Part shown: positions 1 through 11,345 of the stretch, one piece after another
Layout: every line of letters begins with the position of its first letter
Numbering within the stretch: position 1 is the first letter of the stretch
NCBI RefSeq assembly: GCF_006345805.1
Contig: NC_043004.1
Location: forward strand, 94,302,001 to 94,366,000
DNA from: Octopus sinensis
Lineage: Eukaryota
Direction: 5' to 3'
Length of the DNA stretch: 64,000 nt
Notes under the pieces: generated by a model
Told to the model about the DNA's origin: nothing
Database searches by the model: none
Seen by the model: the letters and a program-made list of their open reading frames with translations, nothing else
Translations under genes and position numbers: made by a program

Positions 1-588
1 CGGGCGAAATGCTTAGCAGTATTTCGTCTGCGTTACGTTGTGAGTTCAAATTCCGCCGACGTCGTCTTTGCCTTTCATCCTTTCGGGGTCGATAAATTAA
101 GTACCAGTTATGCACTGGGGTCGATGTAATCGACTTAATACTTATGTCTGTCCTTGTTTGTCCCCTCTGTGTTTAGCCCCTTGTGGGTAATAAAGAAATA
201 GGTATTTCGTCTGTCGTTACGTTCTGTGTTCAAATTCCGCCGAGGTCGACTTTGCCTTTCATCCTTTCGGGGTCGATAAATAAAGTACCAATTTCGCACT
301 GGGCTCGATCTAATCGACTTAATCCGTTTGTCTGTCCTTGTCTGTCCCCTCTGTGTAGCCCCTTGTGGGCAGTAAAGAAATAAGAATCGTTAGCATGCCA
401 GACAAAATGCTTAGCGGCATTTCTTCCAGCTTTACGTTGTGAGTTCGAATCCTACCGAGTTAGACTTTGCCTTTCATCCCTCTGGAATCGATAAAATAAT
501 TACCAGTCAAATGCTAAGGATCGATGAAATTGACTAGCCCTCTCCCTCAAAATTTCGGGCCTTGTGTCCATTGTACAAAGAATTATAT
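1..588 (+). mobile_element. SINE family A (tRNA-like head, GTTCAAATTCC B-box, GGTCGAT-rich body): two tandem body units plus a third, older copy
   Basis: The ~183-bp body (gtatttcgtctg...gagttcaaattccgccgaggtcgactttgcctttcatcc...gtaaagaaata) is repeated at ~18-200 and ~202-385. A diverged copy follows at ~385-588. The left end is cut by the window edge. Confidence 0.85.
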
Positions 589-1319
589 TTGACCCGGTGA
601 AAGGTGACGAGCTGGCAGAATCTTTAAAACATCTTATTATAATTCTGCTTGTCACTCCGTTGCTTAGCCGGTCCGTAACGCTTCCACGTGATTAGTTGAA
701 GGGGGAAGGACAGGTGGTGGTGAGTGTAATGTGTAACTTTTTTATCCAAGTGTTTTTTTTACTCTGTTACTTAACCCGTTTGAAACGCTTTCACGTGATT
801 AGTTGAAGGAAAAGGTGAAGAGCGAAAAAGAGGGTAAAGCGAAGAGTAAGAGAGAAAGAGGGAGAGTGTTGTGTATTAAGTCTAAAAAATTGTGCATAAA
901 GTATAAAAAGTGTATATATAAAATGCATTGAGTAATCACCATATCCCAATTTCGTTCACTTTCCAATGAGAAGCAGATGAGCGACTATCTTCTGATACAG
1001 ACACAACACAAGCTACGCTTTCAGGATTTTTGGATAAATTTTGCAGAAATAACCCAATAAGTTTACCATTAATTCCATGAAATATGGGTCCCGCTACTCA
1101 GAATAAATGTTTACGATAGTTGTTCGACGCAATTCTTAGCATGACAGATACAAGGGAGAGAGGCAAAAAACTTGTCTCTAGACTGGTACTTTATTCGCCT
1201 CGGAAAAAGAAAAAGAAAAGCAAAAATGACTTCAGTCGCATTTGAACTCAGGGCGTCGAGAATCGGAATTAATATCGTAATAACGAGTCTGATCGTAATA
1301 ACGGCTCATCATATCAATA

Positions 1320-1705
1320 GGAAGGAAGCACTCCGTCGGTTACGACGATGAGGGTTCCGGTTGATCCGAATCAACGGAACAGCCTGCTCGTGAAATTAAC
1401 GTGTAAGTGGTTGAGCACTCCACAGACACGTGTACCCTTAACGTAGTTCTCGAGGATATTCAGCGTGACACAGAGAGTGACAAAGCCGGCCCTTTGAAAT
1501 ACAGGTACAACAGAAACAGGAAGTAAGAGTGAGAGAAAGTTGTGGTGAAAGAGTACAGCAGGGATCACCACCATCCCCTGCCGGAGCCTCGTGGAGCTTT
1601 AGGTGTTTTCGCTCAATAAACACTCACAACGCCCGGTCTGGGAATCGAAACTGCGATCCTATGACCGCGAGTCCGCTGCCCTAACCACTGGGCCATTGCG
1701 CCTCC
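1320..1705 (-). mobile_element. SINE family B head + tail T1 (tRNA-derived, full length)
   Basis: Near-identical to 3411-3799 and 23558-23950. Pol III A-box TGGCCCAGTGG and B-box GGTTTCGATTCCC lie on the minus strand. The 11-bp TSD tcatatcaata is at 1309-1319 and 1706-1716. Confidence 0.9.
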
Positions 1706-1740
1706 TCATATCAATATAATAATATATGAAATGTGTGTAA

Positions 1741-1950
1741 GGCAATGAGCTGGCATAGTCGTTTCCGCACCGGGAAAATGCTTAACGGCATTAATTCTAA
1801 CTTTAAGTTCAAATGCTGCCGGAGGTCTACTTTGTCCTTTTATCCTTTCGGGTCGATAAAATTAGTACCAGTTGGACACTGGGGTGTATGTAACCGACTT
1901 ACCCCCCCCTGAAATTACTGGCCTTGTGCCAGAATTTGAAAGCAGTATAT
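1741..1950 (+). mobile_element. SINE family A, diverged
   Basis: Head ggcaatgagctggcatag, B-box-like agttcaaatgc, body tcctttcgggtcgataaa, tail ggccttgtgccagaatttgaaa. Confidence 0.75.
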
Positions 1951-1986
1951 GAAACATGAATTATGTGAGTTGAATTAATTAATATA

Positions 1987-2126
1987 TTAGGTTGTCCCAA
2001 AAGTTCGTAAACACTTGCGAAATTGAATTTTTACTCGCCAAGTACTAACAAAAGCAACAAAAATTATACCTCAAAATAAAGACCATTATTTTCCAAGACT
2101 TTCTACGAACTTTTGGGACAACCTTA
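1987..2126. mobile_element. Tc1/mariner-type MITE (140 bp)
   Basis: The 21-bp perfect inverted repeat aggttgtcccaaaagttcgta lies at 1989-2009 and 2104-2124. Ends are TTAGG.../...CCTTA, flanked by TA on both sides. Confidence 0.8.
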
Positions 2127-2460
2127 TACAATATATGTTAATTTGATAGTATACAGCATTAAGTATACAACAGGTGAATTGATCTTTGGCCATCAGAAGA
2201 GAGAGAAAAAATAATTATGAATGTAGTTATGAACACAAATCGAGAAAAAAAAAACAAATGATTATTGAACTTGTATTGAATTATGTAAAGTTATAAAATG
2301 ATTACTAGGTGCAAAAGATGAAAGGGTCCTTGTATTATCGAGACTAAATCTGTTGTATATTATTGGCTTCTGCCATAAGTACATTATCTCACATCTGAGA
2401 GAAGTTGTAGTCGATCATACCGACCACCATTATTTCATTGATATTATTGAATAGAGCCAA

Positions 2461-2900
2461 AGGCGGCGAGCTGGCAGAAGCGTTAGCACGCCAGGCGAAA
2501 TGCTTAGCAGTATTTCGTATGTCTTTACGTCCTGAGTTCAAATTCCGCCGAGGTCGACTTTGCCTTTCATCCTTTCGGGGTCGATAATTTAAGTACCAGT
2601 TGTGTACTGGGGTCGATCTAATCGACTGGCCTCCCTCCCACCAAATTTTCAAACCTTGTGCCTAAAGTAGAAAAACATTATTGAATAGAACCAATGTGGC
2701 AAGCTGGCAGAATTGTTATCGCGTAGGACGAAATGCCGCTAAGCATTTCGTCTGTCTTTGCGTTCTAGGTTCCAATTCCTCCAAGGTAGACTTTCACTGC
2801 CATGCTTACGGGGCTGATAAAACAAGTATCAGTTGAGTACTGGGGTTAATGTAATCGACTAGCTCCCTCTTCCGGCATTTCAGGCCTTGTTGGATTATCG
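2461..2900 (+). mobile_element. Two adjacent SINE family A copies
   Basis: A full copy ggcggcgagctggcagaag...agtagaaaaac at ~2461-2680 and an older copy at ~2696-2900. Confidence 0.8.
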
Positions 2901-3091
2901 AATAGAACCCGATAATACAAAAAAAAAGGGAAAAAAAGTTGACCTTGGCTGTAGTCGAAATGAGAATGTAAATGAGCAAAAGTGTATTCTAGACTACATT
3001 TAATCACTACTTTATCAATTCCACCAATACAACCTTTCGTTTTTTTTTTGTTTGTTTGTTATTGGATCATCATATACACTACACTACACTG

Positions 3092-3402
3092 GCACTCCGT
3101 CGGTATCGACGGCGAGAGTTCCAGTTGATCTGATTAACGGAACAGCCTGCTCGTTAAATAACGTGCAAGTGGCTGAGTACTCCACAGACACATCATACCC
3201 TTTACGTAGTTCTCAGGGAGACTCAGCGTGACGCTGAATGTGACAAGGCTGGCCTTTTGAATTATAATGTACAATCAACTTTTGCCAGCAGTAACGTGAA
3301 ATAAACTGTCATGCTCGAGGACAGAACGCGCGGCCGGGAATCGAACTCACAATCTTACGATCATGCGTCGAATACCCTAACCGCTAAGCCACACGTCCTC
3401 AC
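3092..3402 (-). mobile_element. SINE family D head + tail T1
   Basis: Minus-strand tRNA-like head (gtgtggcttagcggttaggg...gagttcgattccc), diverged core cctcgagcatgacagtttatttcacgtt, and the same tail as family B. Confidence 0.8.
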
Positions 3403-3410
3403 CAATCAAT

Positions 3411-3799
3411 GGATGGAAGCACTCCGTTGGTTACGACGACGAGGGTTCCGGTTGATCCGATCAACGGAACAGCCTGCTCGTGAAATTAACGTGTAAGTGG
3501 CTGAGCACTCCACAGACACGTGTACCCTTAACGTAGTTCTCGGGGATATTCAGATTGACACAGAGAGTGACAAGGCCGGCCCTTTGAAATACAGGTACAA
3601 CAGAAACAGGAAGTAAGAGTGAGAGAAAGTTGTGGTGAAAGAGTACAGCCGGGATCACCACCATCCCTGCCGGAGCTTCGTGGAGTTTTAGGTGTTTTCG
3701 CTCAATAAACACTCACAACGCCCGGTCTGGGAATCGAAACCGCGATCCTACGACCGCGAGTCCGCTGCCCTAACCACTGGGCCATTGCGCCTCCACACC
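3411..3799 (-). mobile_element. SINE family B head + tail T1
   Basis: Near-identical to 1320-1705. The 9-bp TSD ccaatcaat is at 3402-3410 and 3800-3808. Confidence 0.9.
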
Positions 3800-4381
3800 C
3801 CAATCAATATATATATTCTCATATGACATCATTACATTGTGGAATTTACATACATATCGCCTATAATTGAATTGAGTTCAAATTCCGTCGAGATCAAATT
3901 TGCCTCTCAACCTTTCAGAGTCAACTAAAAAGAGAAAAAAAGTACCAATCCAGGTGGTGAGGTGGCAGAAGTGTCAATGTCGGACGTGATGCCTTGTGGT
4001 GGTATGTCCCGGCTCCGTGCGTTTTGACAACAACGCTTGCGACAACTGTGGTACCCAGCTATATCGGTTCTAAAATGACAGCGTTACCTTTTAACAATAT
4101 TGATGTATGGAGACGGGAGACGTGCAGGTATGAGCGTTCAAGGCCTTCAAACACAGATGGAGATAAACCATCATCCTTTTACGTAAGACATATCTTTCAC
4201 TTGTTTCAGCCATTAGACATTAGCCATGCTGGAGCACCGCCTTGAAGATATATATATATATATGCAGACATATGTGGAACCATGGAGGAGTATCTTGCGT
4301 GGTCGATCAATTTGCTAAAAATAGCAGCGAGATCTTCCTCCTATCACTACCGTCTTTAAAAAAAAGGATATAGTGAATATT

Positions 4382-4536
4382 CTTTTCTACTCTAGGTACA
4401 AAGGTCGAAATTTTGGGGAAAGGGGCCAGTCGATTAGATCGACCCCAGTACGCAACTGGTACTTAATTTATCGACGCTGAAAGGATGAAAGACAAAGTCG
4501 ACCTCGATAGAATTTGAACTCAGAACGTAAAGACAC
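4382..4536 (-). mobile_element. 5'-truncated SINE family A inserted in repeat E
   Basis: Body and tail without the head. The 10-bp TSD agtgaatatt is at ~4372-4381 and ~4537-4546. Repeat E halves lie on both sides (~4290-4371 and ~4547-4655). Confidence 0.8.
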
Positions 4537-4989
4537 AGTGAATATTGCAGTACTAAATGCTTTATGCCTGAAAAGATAAAAACAAGTTGGGCACGGTAGG
4601 AAAGCCTTTGATCATAAGTCTGATCGATCAGTGATGACACGGAGGTTAACAACAATCTTTTGCTGCATAGGAAACATTATTACAATATATCAATCTATGA
4701 CAAGCTAACGTGAAGGCTTTTTATCCCTCGACATACTAGAACGCTATACCTTGGATATTGTAATCCGAGATGCCTTCATCATAGGTTTTCTCAATTAGAG
4801 CCAACATGGAGATAAATGATTATAGAGGAACATTATTTTAATACATTTTGATTAAAGAAAATACAAACGGCAGTTGTGCACGAAACCTACATCACACTCT
4901 ATTTAACTCTAATTCGCGTTGATCACATCATCTTTCTGCCTTTGTCTTCAGGCCTTGATTTACATTTTCCTCTCTTCTGACAGTTCTTT

Positions 4990-5602
4990 GATATGTTTGC
5001 AGAAGTTTTATTATTTCTTTCAGTCGAAGAAAGCGACACCAGGACTTATTCTTTGTAAGCCTAGTACTTATTCCATCGGTCGCTTTTGCCGGACCACTAA
5101 GTTACATGGACGTAAACACACCAACATCGGTTATCAAGCGATAGTGGGGGAACAAACACAGACACACATACATATATATATATTGTTTGTTCCTTATCTT
5201 CGCGTATAAGTTTCCCACCTGGATGGGACGCCGGTCCGTCGCAGGTGAGCTGCAAGAGGAAAGAGTGAAAGAAAGTGGTGGCGAAAGAGTCAGCAGAAGT
5301 TCGCCGGAGCCGCGTGGAGCTTAAACATAAACATATACATCGCCCGGTCTGAGATTCGAACCCGCGACCCCTCGACTGCGAGTCCGCTGCTCTAACCACT
5401 AGGCCATGTGCCTCCACACACACACACACATACACACACACACGACTGGGTTCTTTCAGTTTCTGTCTACCTAATCCACTCAAAAGGCTTTGGTCGACTC
5501 CAGGTTACAGTAGAAGACACCCAAGGTGCCACCGAGAGACTGAATCCGAAACCCTGTGGTTGAGAAGCAAGCTTTTTACCACACAGCCGCTCCTGCACCT
5601 GT
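4990..5602 (-). mobile_element. SINE family C (cc/tttgggcaagtgtcttc core, internal TA/CA microsatellite), interrupted by a nested SINE
   Basis: Tail at ~4990-5190 and head at ~5420-5602 match the intact copies at 12778-13184 and 22578-22986. Confidence 0.8.
5195..5415 (-). mobile_element. SINE with family B head but a different tail (T3), nested in the family C microsatellite
   Basis: The head gtggaggcacatggcctagtggttagagcagcggactcgcag...gggttcgaatctcagaccgggcg matches family B. The tail cctgcgacggaccggcgtcccatccaggtggga is unrelated to T1. Confidence 0.8.
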
Positions 5603-5695
5603 AAGTTGTTAATTTTCTCTTTGCATTGTAATAAATATATATTTTAGGGAAGAAATGAAAGTACTTTCTCATGTCACAATTTTCGATATTTCAAT

Positions 5696-5914
5696 AATTC
5701 TTTTCTACTCTAGGCATAAGGCCCGAAATTTTGGGGGAGGAGGTGAGTCGATTAGATCAACCCCAATACGCGAGTGGTATTTAATTTATCGACCCAGAAA
5801 GGATGTAAGACAAAGTCGACCTCAGCGGAATTTGAACTCAGAACGTAAAGACAGACGAAATGCCGCTAAGCATTTCGCTCGGCGTGTTAACGTTTCTACC
5901 AGCTCACCACCTTA
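5696..5914 (-). mobile_element. SINE family A, full length
   Basis: The 13-bp TSD tcgatatttcaat is at 5683-5695 and 5915-5927. Confidence 0.9.
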
Positions 5915-5941
5915 TCGATATTTCAATGTTATTCCATTAAG

Positions 5942-6530
5942 AAGGCGGCGAGCTGGTAGAATCTTTAGCACGCCGCACGAAATGCTTAGCGGTATTTCGT
6001 CTGTCGTTACGTTCTGAGTTCAAATTCCGCCGAGGTCGACTTTGCCTTTCATCCTTTCGGGTTCGATAAATTAAGCACCAGTTACGCACTGGGGTCGATG
6101 TAATTGACTTAATCCGTTCGTCTGTCCTCATTTGTTCCGTCTGTGCTTAGCCCCTTGTGGGTAGTAAAGAAATAGGTATTTCGTCTGTCGTTACGTTCTG
6201 AGTTCAAATTCCGCCGAGGTCGACTTTACCTTTCATCCTTTCGGGGTCGATAAATAAAGTACCAGTTTCGTACTGGGGTCGATGTAATCGACTTAATCCG
6301 TTTGTCTGTCCTTGTTTGTCCCCTCTGTGTTTAGCCCCTTGTGGGTAGTAAAGAAATAGGTATTTCATCTGTCTCTACGTTCTGAGTTCAAATTCCGCCG
6401 AGGTCGACTTTGCCTTTCATCCTTTCGGAGTCGATAAATTAAGTACCAGTTGCGTACTGGGATCGATCTAATCGACTGGCCCCACCTCCCCCAAAAAATT
6501 CTGGCCTTGTGTCTAGAGTAGAAAATAATA
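5942..6530 (+). mobile_element. SINE family A trimer (one head, three body units)
   Basis: Head at 5943, body units starting at ~5992, ~6175 and ~6360. The TSD ttat[t/c]ccattaag is at 5929-5941 and 6531-6543. Confidence 0.9.
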
Positions 6531-7989
6531 TTATCCCATTAAGCTTTTTTCGTTTTCCATTCATAACGTTATTTCATTCACTATTAAATAATTCATTTCG
6601 AAGTATATTATAAATATAATTAAGCTAGTCCATTAATTAGTGCTAATCTTTCTTGCAAATGTTCAGGAAAATCTGAGTGGGTTAGTGACTTGATCTAATA
6701 TATGTCCCTATCATTTCAATTTTTCAGTTAGTTTCTTTGCGTTTTCGTCTTGATTGGAAATGCTTGACAAAATAAACTGGTTGCAACTACATGTATATCA
6801 TTCGTTAGGAGAACTTTCGCTGCTATGAGTTCGTTAATGGTATGCTGTCTGGTCGTTCATGGTTGGCGAGCCGAACCGAATTTTGTTTTAAATGTGAAAT
6901 TATTTAGGTGGAAAGTGAAAATCTTATATGAGATATTTGAATATAAATTTACAATTTAAATTCCTGTAGTAATGTTAACACAGTAAAACCTACAGAATTA
7001 ATAGATTTTATTTTTATAAATATTAAACAAGAAAATTGAAATTTAAACGTTAAGTTCGGGAGAAAAATTAATTCATGGGTATTGCATGATTAATTTGAAT
7101 TTATTATCTTCGCAAAGCAGTTGAGATTACAACTATTTATCTAAGACTTTTGTATGTCAATTGGATAAAATCATTCACAAAACTGCTGGTTATTCCATCG
7201 ATCCAATTCGTCCCAAATGACTAATTCACCACAAATGAGCAATTTTTCTTTCATTTCACCCAAGATATTGATTATGTGTGTAAGAACAAAGTTTTTTCTT
7301 GTTTCAGTCATAAGATAGCAGACATGCTGGGGCACCGCCTTGAAGAATTAGTCGAACGAATCGAACCCAGTACTTCACTTTCCGTCTATCAAATCCATTC
7401 ACAAGTTTTTGGTTGGCTCGGAGCTATAGCAGAAGACACTTGCCCAAGGAGACTGAAGCAGGCACCGTGGGGGTTGGGGAGCAAACTTCTTACCATATAG
7501 CTGAACTTGTTTTTACATTTAATTCTTCCTGAAAGGGAAATTTAGTAGATTAACCGAATTTCTTTGTATATGTTAATAGCCACAAAGAATATTTCCTAAT
7601 ATTTACGTCGTTCTGAGTTTGAGACCCGGATAACTGGGTAGAAGTAGGCTCTTGACGATTCCTGTGCTAATATTGAATTATTTGGGGAAGAATGTCTGAT
7701 CATTTTTACAGAAATTAAGTTGCTTCTTGAGAATTTGTCCATAAGATCTGCTAAAAGTGATCATATGGCATTGTCCTATATGAAGAAACATACATTTGCT
7801 AACAATGTGACTGTTTAGTCTGTTATTTTTGCCAGACAGATGTAGTGTAACTATTTCAGTGATATTGAATTTACATACATTTTTTTTTCATGAGAATGTT
7901 TGTTTAGTGAAACTTTTTTGAACGGGATTGTCAGTTATATTTTTAACAGATAATTTTAGAACGGAAGATCCTTTTTTTCTATAATAGTA

Positions 7990-10330
7990 GGATGGTCAAA
8001 GAAACACGTCGACGAAGAGGACAGGAAAACTGAAAAATCAATATACCTGGGAGAAACAAATTACCAAAACTGAGGAACAACGACTAACACGACTTTCATA
8101 TATATATATATATATACACCGAAAGAGGAAGAGCAGTGTTAAAAAGAACATAAAATACAAACGAAACAGACAAAAGCAGAAGGAAAGACGGCTATCCCAG
8201 CTCACCCAACGTGAGTAAGGGGATCAAGAACCAGAATCCGAGAGGTAATTGCAGTGATGACTAATAACAGTTTCATACTCAAAAAATAGATAAGCTATGG
8301 CGTATCTTTCTTGATGCAAATTTTCATCTGGTTCAAATGCAAAAAATTTATTTTTCCAAACCAAAAACTATTGAACTGCAGAATTGACAAAACCAGTGAG
8401 ATTTCTGGTTTATACGATATTAAAGCCTTAACAGTTTTACTGTAACACCACGTTGGAGACTACTTAACTGTTTGCAGCCAATGCATATCACATCAGTGGA
8501 AGGTTGGGCTGAGACCAGTTTAATCTGTGATGGAAAAGTCAAGCTACATTCATTGCCTTCCCACTGCCAGCCATTATCAAACATTTTAACATAGAGTCGG
8601 AATAAAGGTTCCTAGAACATACACGAGACTGTAATAATTGTAAGCCCACGTTCTTCTTTCAAAACTACAATAACGGAAAGCTCATCACTATGACTACTAA
8701 TCTTATGAAGCTTGAAATCACAATTGGCCTCAGTTCTGGAGAGGAAGCCAGGAAGAGATATTATCAGTGCGTACGAGTTTTCATGATCAAACACGACAGT
8801 TTGTTTGGATGATTTCAAAAGAAAGAGGTGTTTAACAAAATGTTTGCCCATTCGAGGGGCAGATACAGTGGTTGTACCAAGCTTACATTATCCCTATCAT
8901 GGAATACGACAGCAATCCAAAGACACGTCAGCCGATCGAAAAGGTGTGCTGTGAAATACCCGTAAATTAAAAGAATTTGAAACTCCATTTCGCCATCAAA
9001 ACAAACAATATGCATGGAGCAAGTGATCTCAGCCACACAAACAACTCCTGCATAGATAGTCATGGTTTGATCAGTTGATGGAAATAATTCATTTCTGGAA
9101 TACCGTCGAAGATCTTTAAACAAAGAGGGCCTCCGCTCATATAATTTGGCCAAACAGAATACCTACCAAAAGACAGAATCGAACAGCCGATGTGCCGTGC
9201 TATACAATATGGCCCTCTCCTTGCGACACAACTACTGTAATAACTGTAGTGTCATATAAAGACGCGTTTCAGAAGCGAACTTTGAGTCGAGGAACGTGAT
9301 CAAATTGAGACTTTTGTAAGTGCACGATACATCTTAGCTAAAAGCATTTTTGAGGATGAGCTAATTTCCACTACAAAGCAGAAAACCTCATTAAGAAAAC
9401 TTTCCATTCTGCGTTCCTGAAGTACAAATTGCCCTTTACACAAATGATGAAGTGACAGACGTTTTGGTACAAAAACTTGCAATAAAATTGCTTAATTATT
9501 TCCAGTTGAAAGCGAGAGACCCTAAACCACAATACAATCTCTACCCCGACATTTCTAAGAATATTTTCTGATAGGATAAAATATATAAGAGGTGCAATGA
9601 CGGCTCACTTGAATGCATGCCTTATCGATATTACTACTAGTATTTAAACAGAATATACAGTGCTGCTGAGAATGCAGCTTCCGTGCACTGAGTGCAAACT
9701 TTATAAGGAGGATATCGAGGAGTTGAAATTCAAACTATTCACATCTGATCTGCAACTGAAAAAAGAAAACATGTTAGCTATGTGCGAGCCCATTTTCGAG
9801 CTCTGTATAGTTAGCTGATTGGATCATCATCAGCTCTACAGACGAAGCATGCAGCTTGTCAACACGTACATGAAGCGATGGCTTCCGGACTAGGAGAGAA
9901 ATTACATGGACACTGATAAAGTGTTCAAAGAAACTCAGCATCCACCCAAATAATTCGAAACTCTCTTCAATCCATCAAGATTTCTGTCGCAATCCCTTAA
10001 CAAAAATATAAGGTAACATATACTGCTGCGAAACTTACAATGAGGCGCGATGCATCCGGATTACGTGTTTTACCTGCTGTTCATCTTGAGGTTATTTTCC
10101 ATCCACCAAGAGCGTAAATTTATTTTCTTTTCAGGTTCGAAAATAGCAGCTTCCAGGGTTTCGTGTATTCAATGCTCTAAATCTGTCATCTGATGCAACA
10201 TGCATTCATTACTGAGGACAAGTTTCCACAACTGTTTTCAGTGAAAATGTGATTCTCCACCTGGCATTAAGTTAGACGTCACTTGCCCAAGTTGCCGCAA
10301 CAGGGGAGATAGAAGATATAATCGTGGGAT
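7990..10330 (+). pseudogene. Decayed Helitron Rep(/helicase) ORF, many stops and frameshifts
   Basis: Manually translated fragments fall in canonical Helitron order: TEEQRLTRL (8069), LITMTTNLMKLEITIGL (~8680), VRVFMIKHDSLF (~8770), EKVCCEIP..NNMHG (~8940-9018), EYRRRS (9098), NSRCAVLYNMALSLR (9182), DQIETFVSARYI (9298), FPLQSRKP..KLLNYFQLKARDP..LYPDI (9365-9555). Confidence 0.8.
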
Positions 10331-10410
10331 TAGAAAACAAACTTTTCAAACCCGCGTTAGTGCACACGCACTTACACGCAAACATACTCAAACATGTAAA
10401 TACGTCTGCT

Positions 10411-10785
10411 CTTCTCTTTTACTTGTTTCAGTCATCTGACTGCGGCCGTGCTGGAGCACCGCCTTTAGTCGAGCAAATCGACCCCGGGACTTATTCTTTG
10501 TAAGCCCAGTACTTATTCTATCTGTCTCTTTTGCCGAGCCGCTAAGTTACGGGGATGTAAACACACCAGCATCGGTTGTCAAGCGATGTTGGGGGGGGGG
10601 GACAAACACATACTTACAAACACACATACATATATAGATATACATATATACGATGGGCTTCTTTCAGTTTCCGTCCACCAAATCCACTCGGCTCGAAGCT
10701 ATAGTAGAAGACACTTGCCCAAGGTGCCACGCAATGGAATTTAACCCGGAACCATGTGGTCGGTAAACAAGCTACTTACCACACC
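10411..10785 (-). mobile_element. SINE family C
   Basis: Matches other family C copies along its length (gcggccgtgctggagcaccgcc ... gacacttgcccaaggtgccacgca). Confidence 0.9.
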
Positions 10786-10941
10786 ATTTATACATTAAAT
10801 TGTCTGTATTATGTAATATATAATTTCAGGTCGAGAAGACTTCAGTAGATCTATGTAAGTATACAAAATATTTCTTTAAACTCATCTATAACGTATGTTG
10901 ATGAATAATATTACACAACAGTGTGCAGTGCATAAGTTATA

Positions 10942-11311
10942 CTAGTAGGACCCGTGGAAATTCCACTGAATGGAGAAAATTAAGAGGACTTAAGAGAGAA
11001 AGGATTATTTACATTTCTATAGCATTCATAGTTTTGCTTTCTTAAAACATTCTTGACGTTCGTCTACATTTATTTCCTCACTTTTCCGTTGCTGTTGTCT
11101 TTTGGCTCTTTTTATTATATCTTCTCACTGTTCCTCTCAGATCCGTGCTCTATATCTGCGCACCCTTTCTCGGGAAGCTTGTGAACCCAGAGTCTAGGCT
11201 AATTTAACCCTTATAAACAAATATCAATTTTGTAAGCGAGCAGACGATAGATAATTGCACTTATGCGTATGCGATGGTCGCTATAAAAAAACTACTTTTC
11301 ATTATCAACAC

Positions 11312-11345
<34 letters not shown>

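Noticed and set aside
1371-1623. Repeated small ORFs (MFIERKHLKLHEAPAG..., MVVIPAVLFHHNF...) also at 3461-3712 and 23642-23894
   Set aside because: They are translations of SINE family B. The recurrence reflects the repeat, not a gene family.
5942-6530. Regularly spaced repeats as a CRISPR-like array
   Set aside because: Eukaryotic context, ~183-bp units with no unique spacers, and no cas genes.
7648-7818. 56-codon open stretch ALDDSCANIELFGEECLIIFTEIKLLLENLSIRSAKSDHMALSYMKKHTFANNVTV
   Set aside because: No convincing acceptor or donor and no recognisable motif. It cannot be supported without transcript data.
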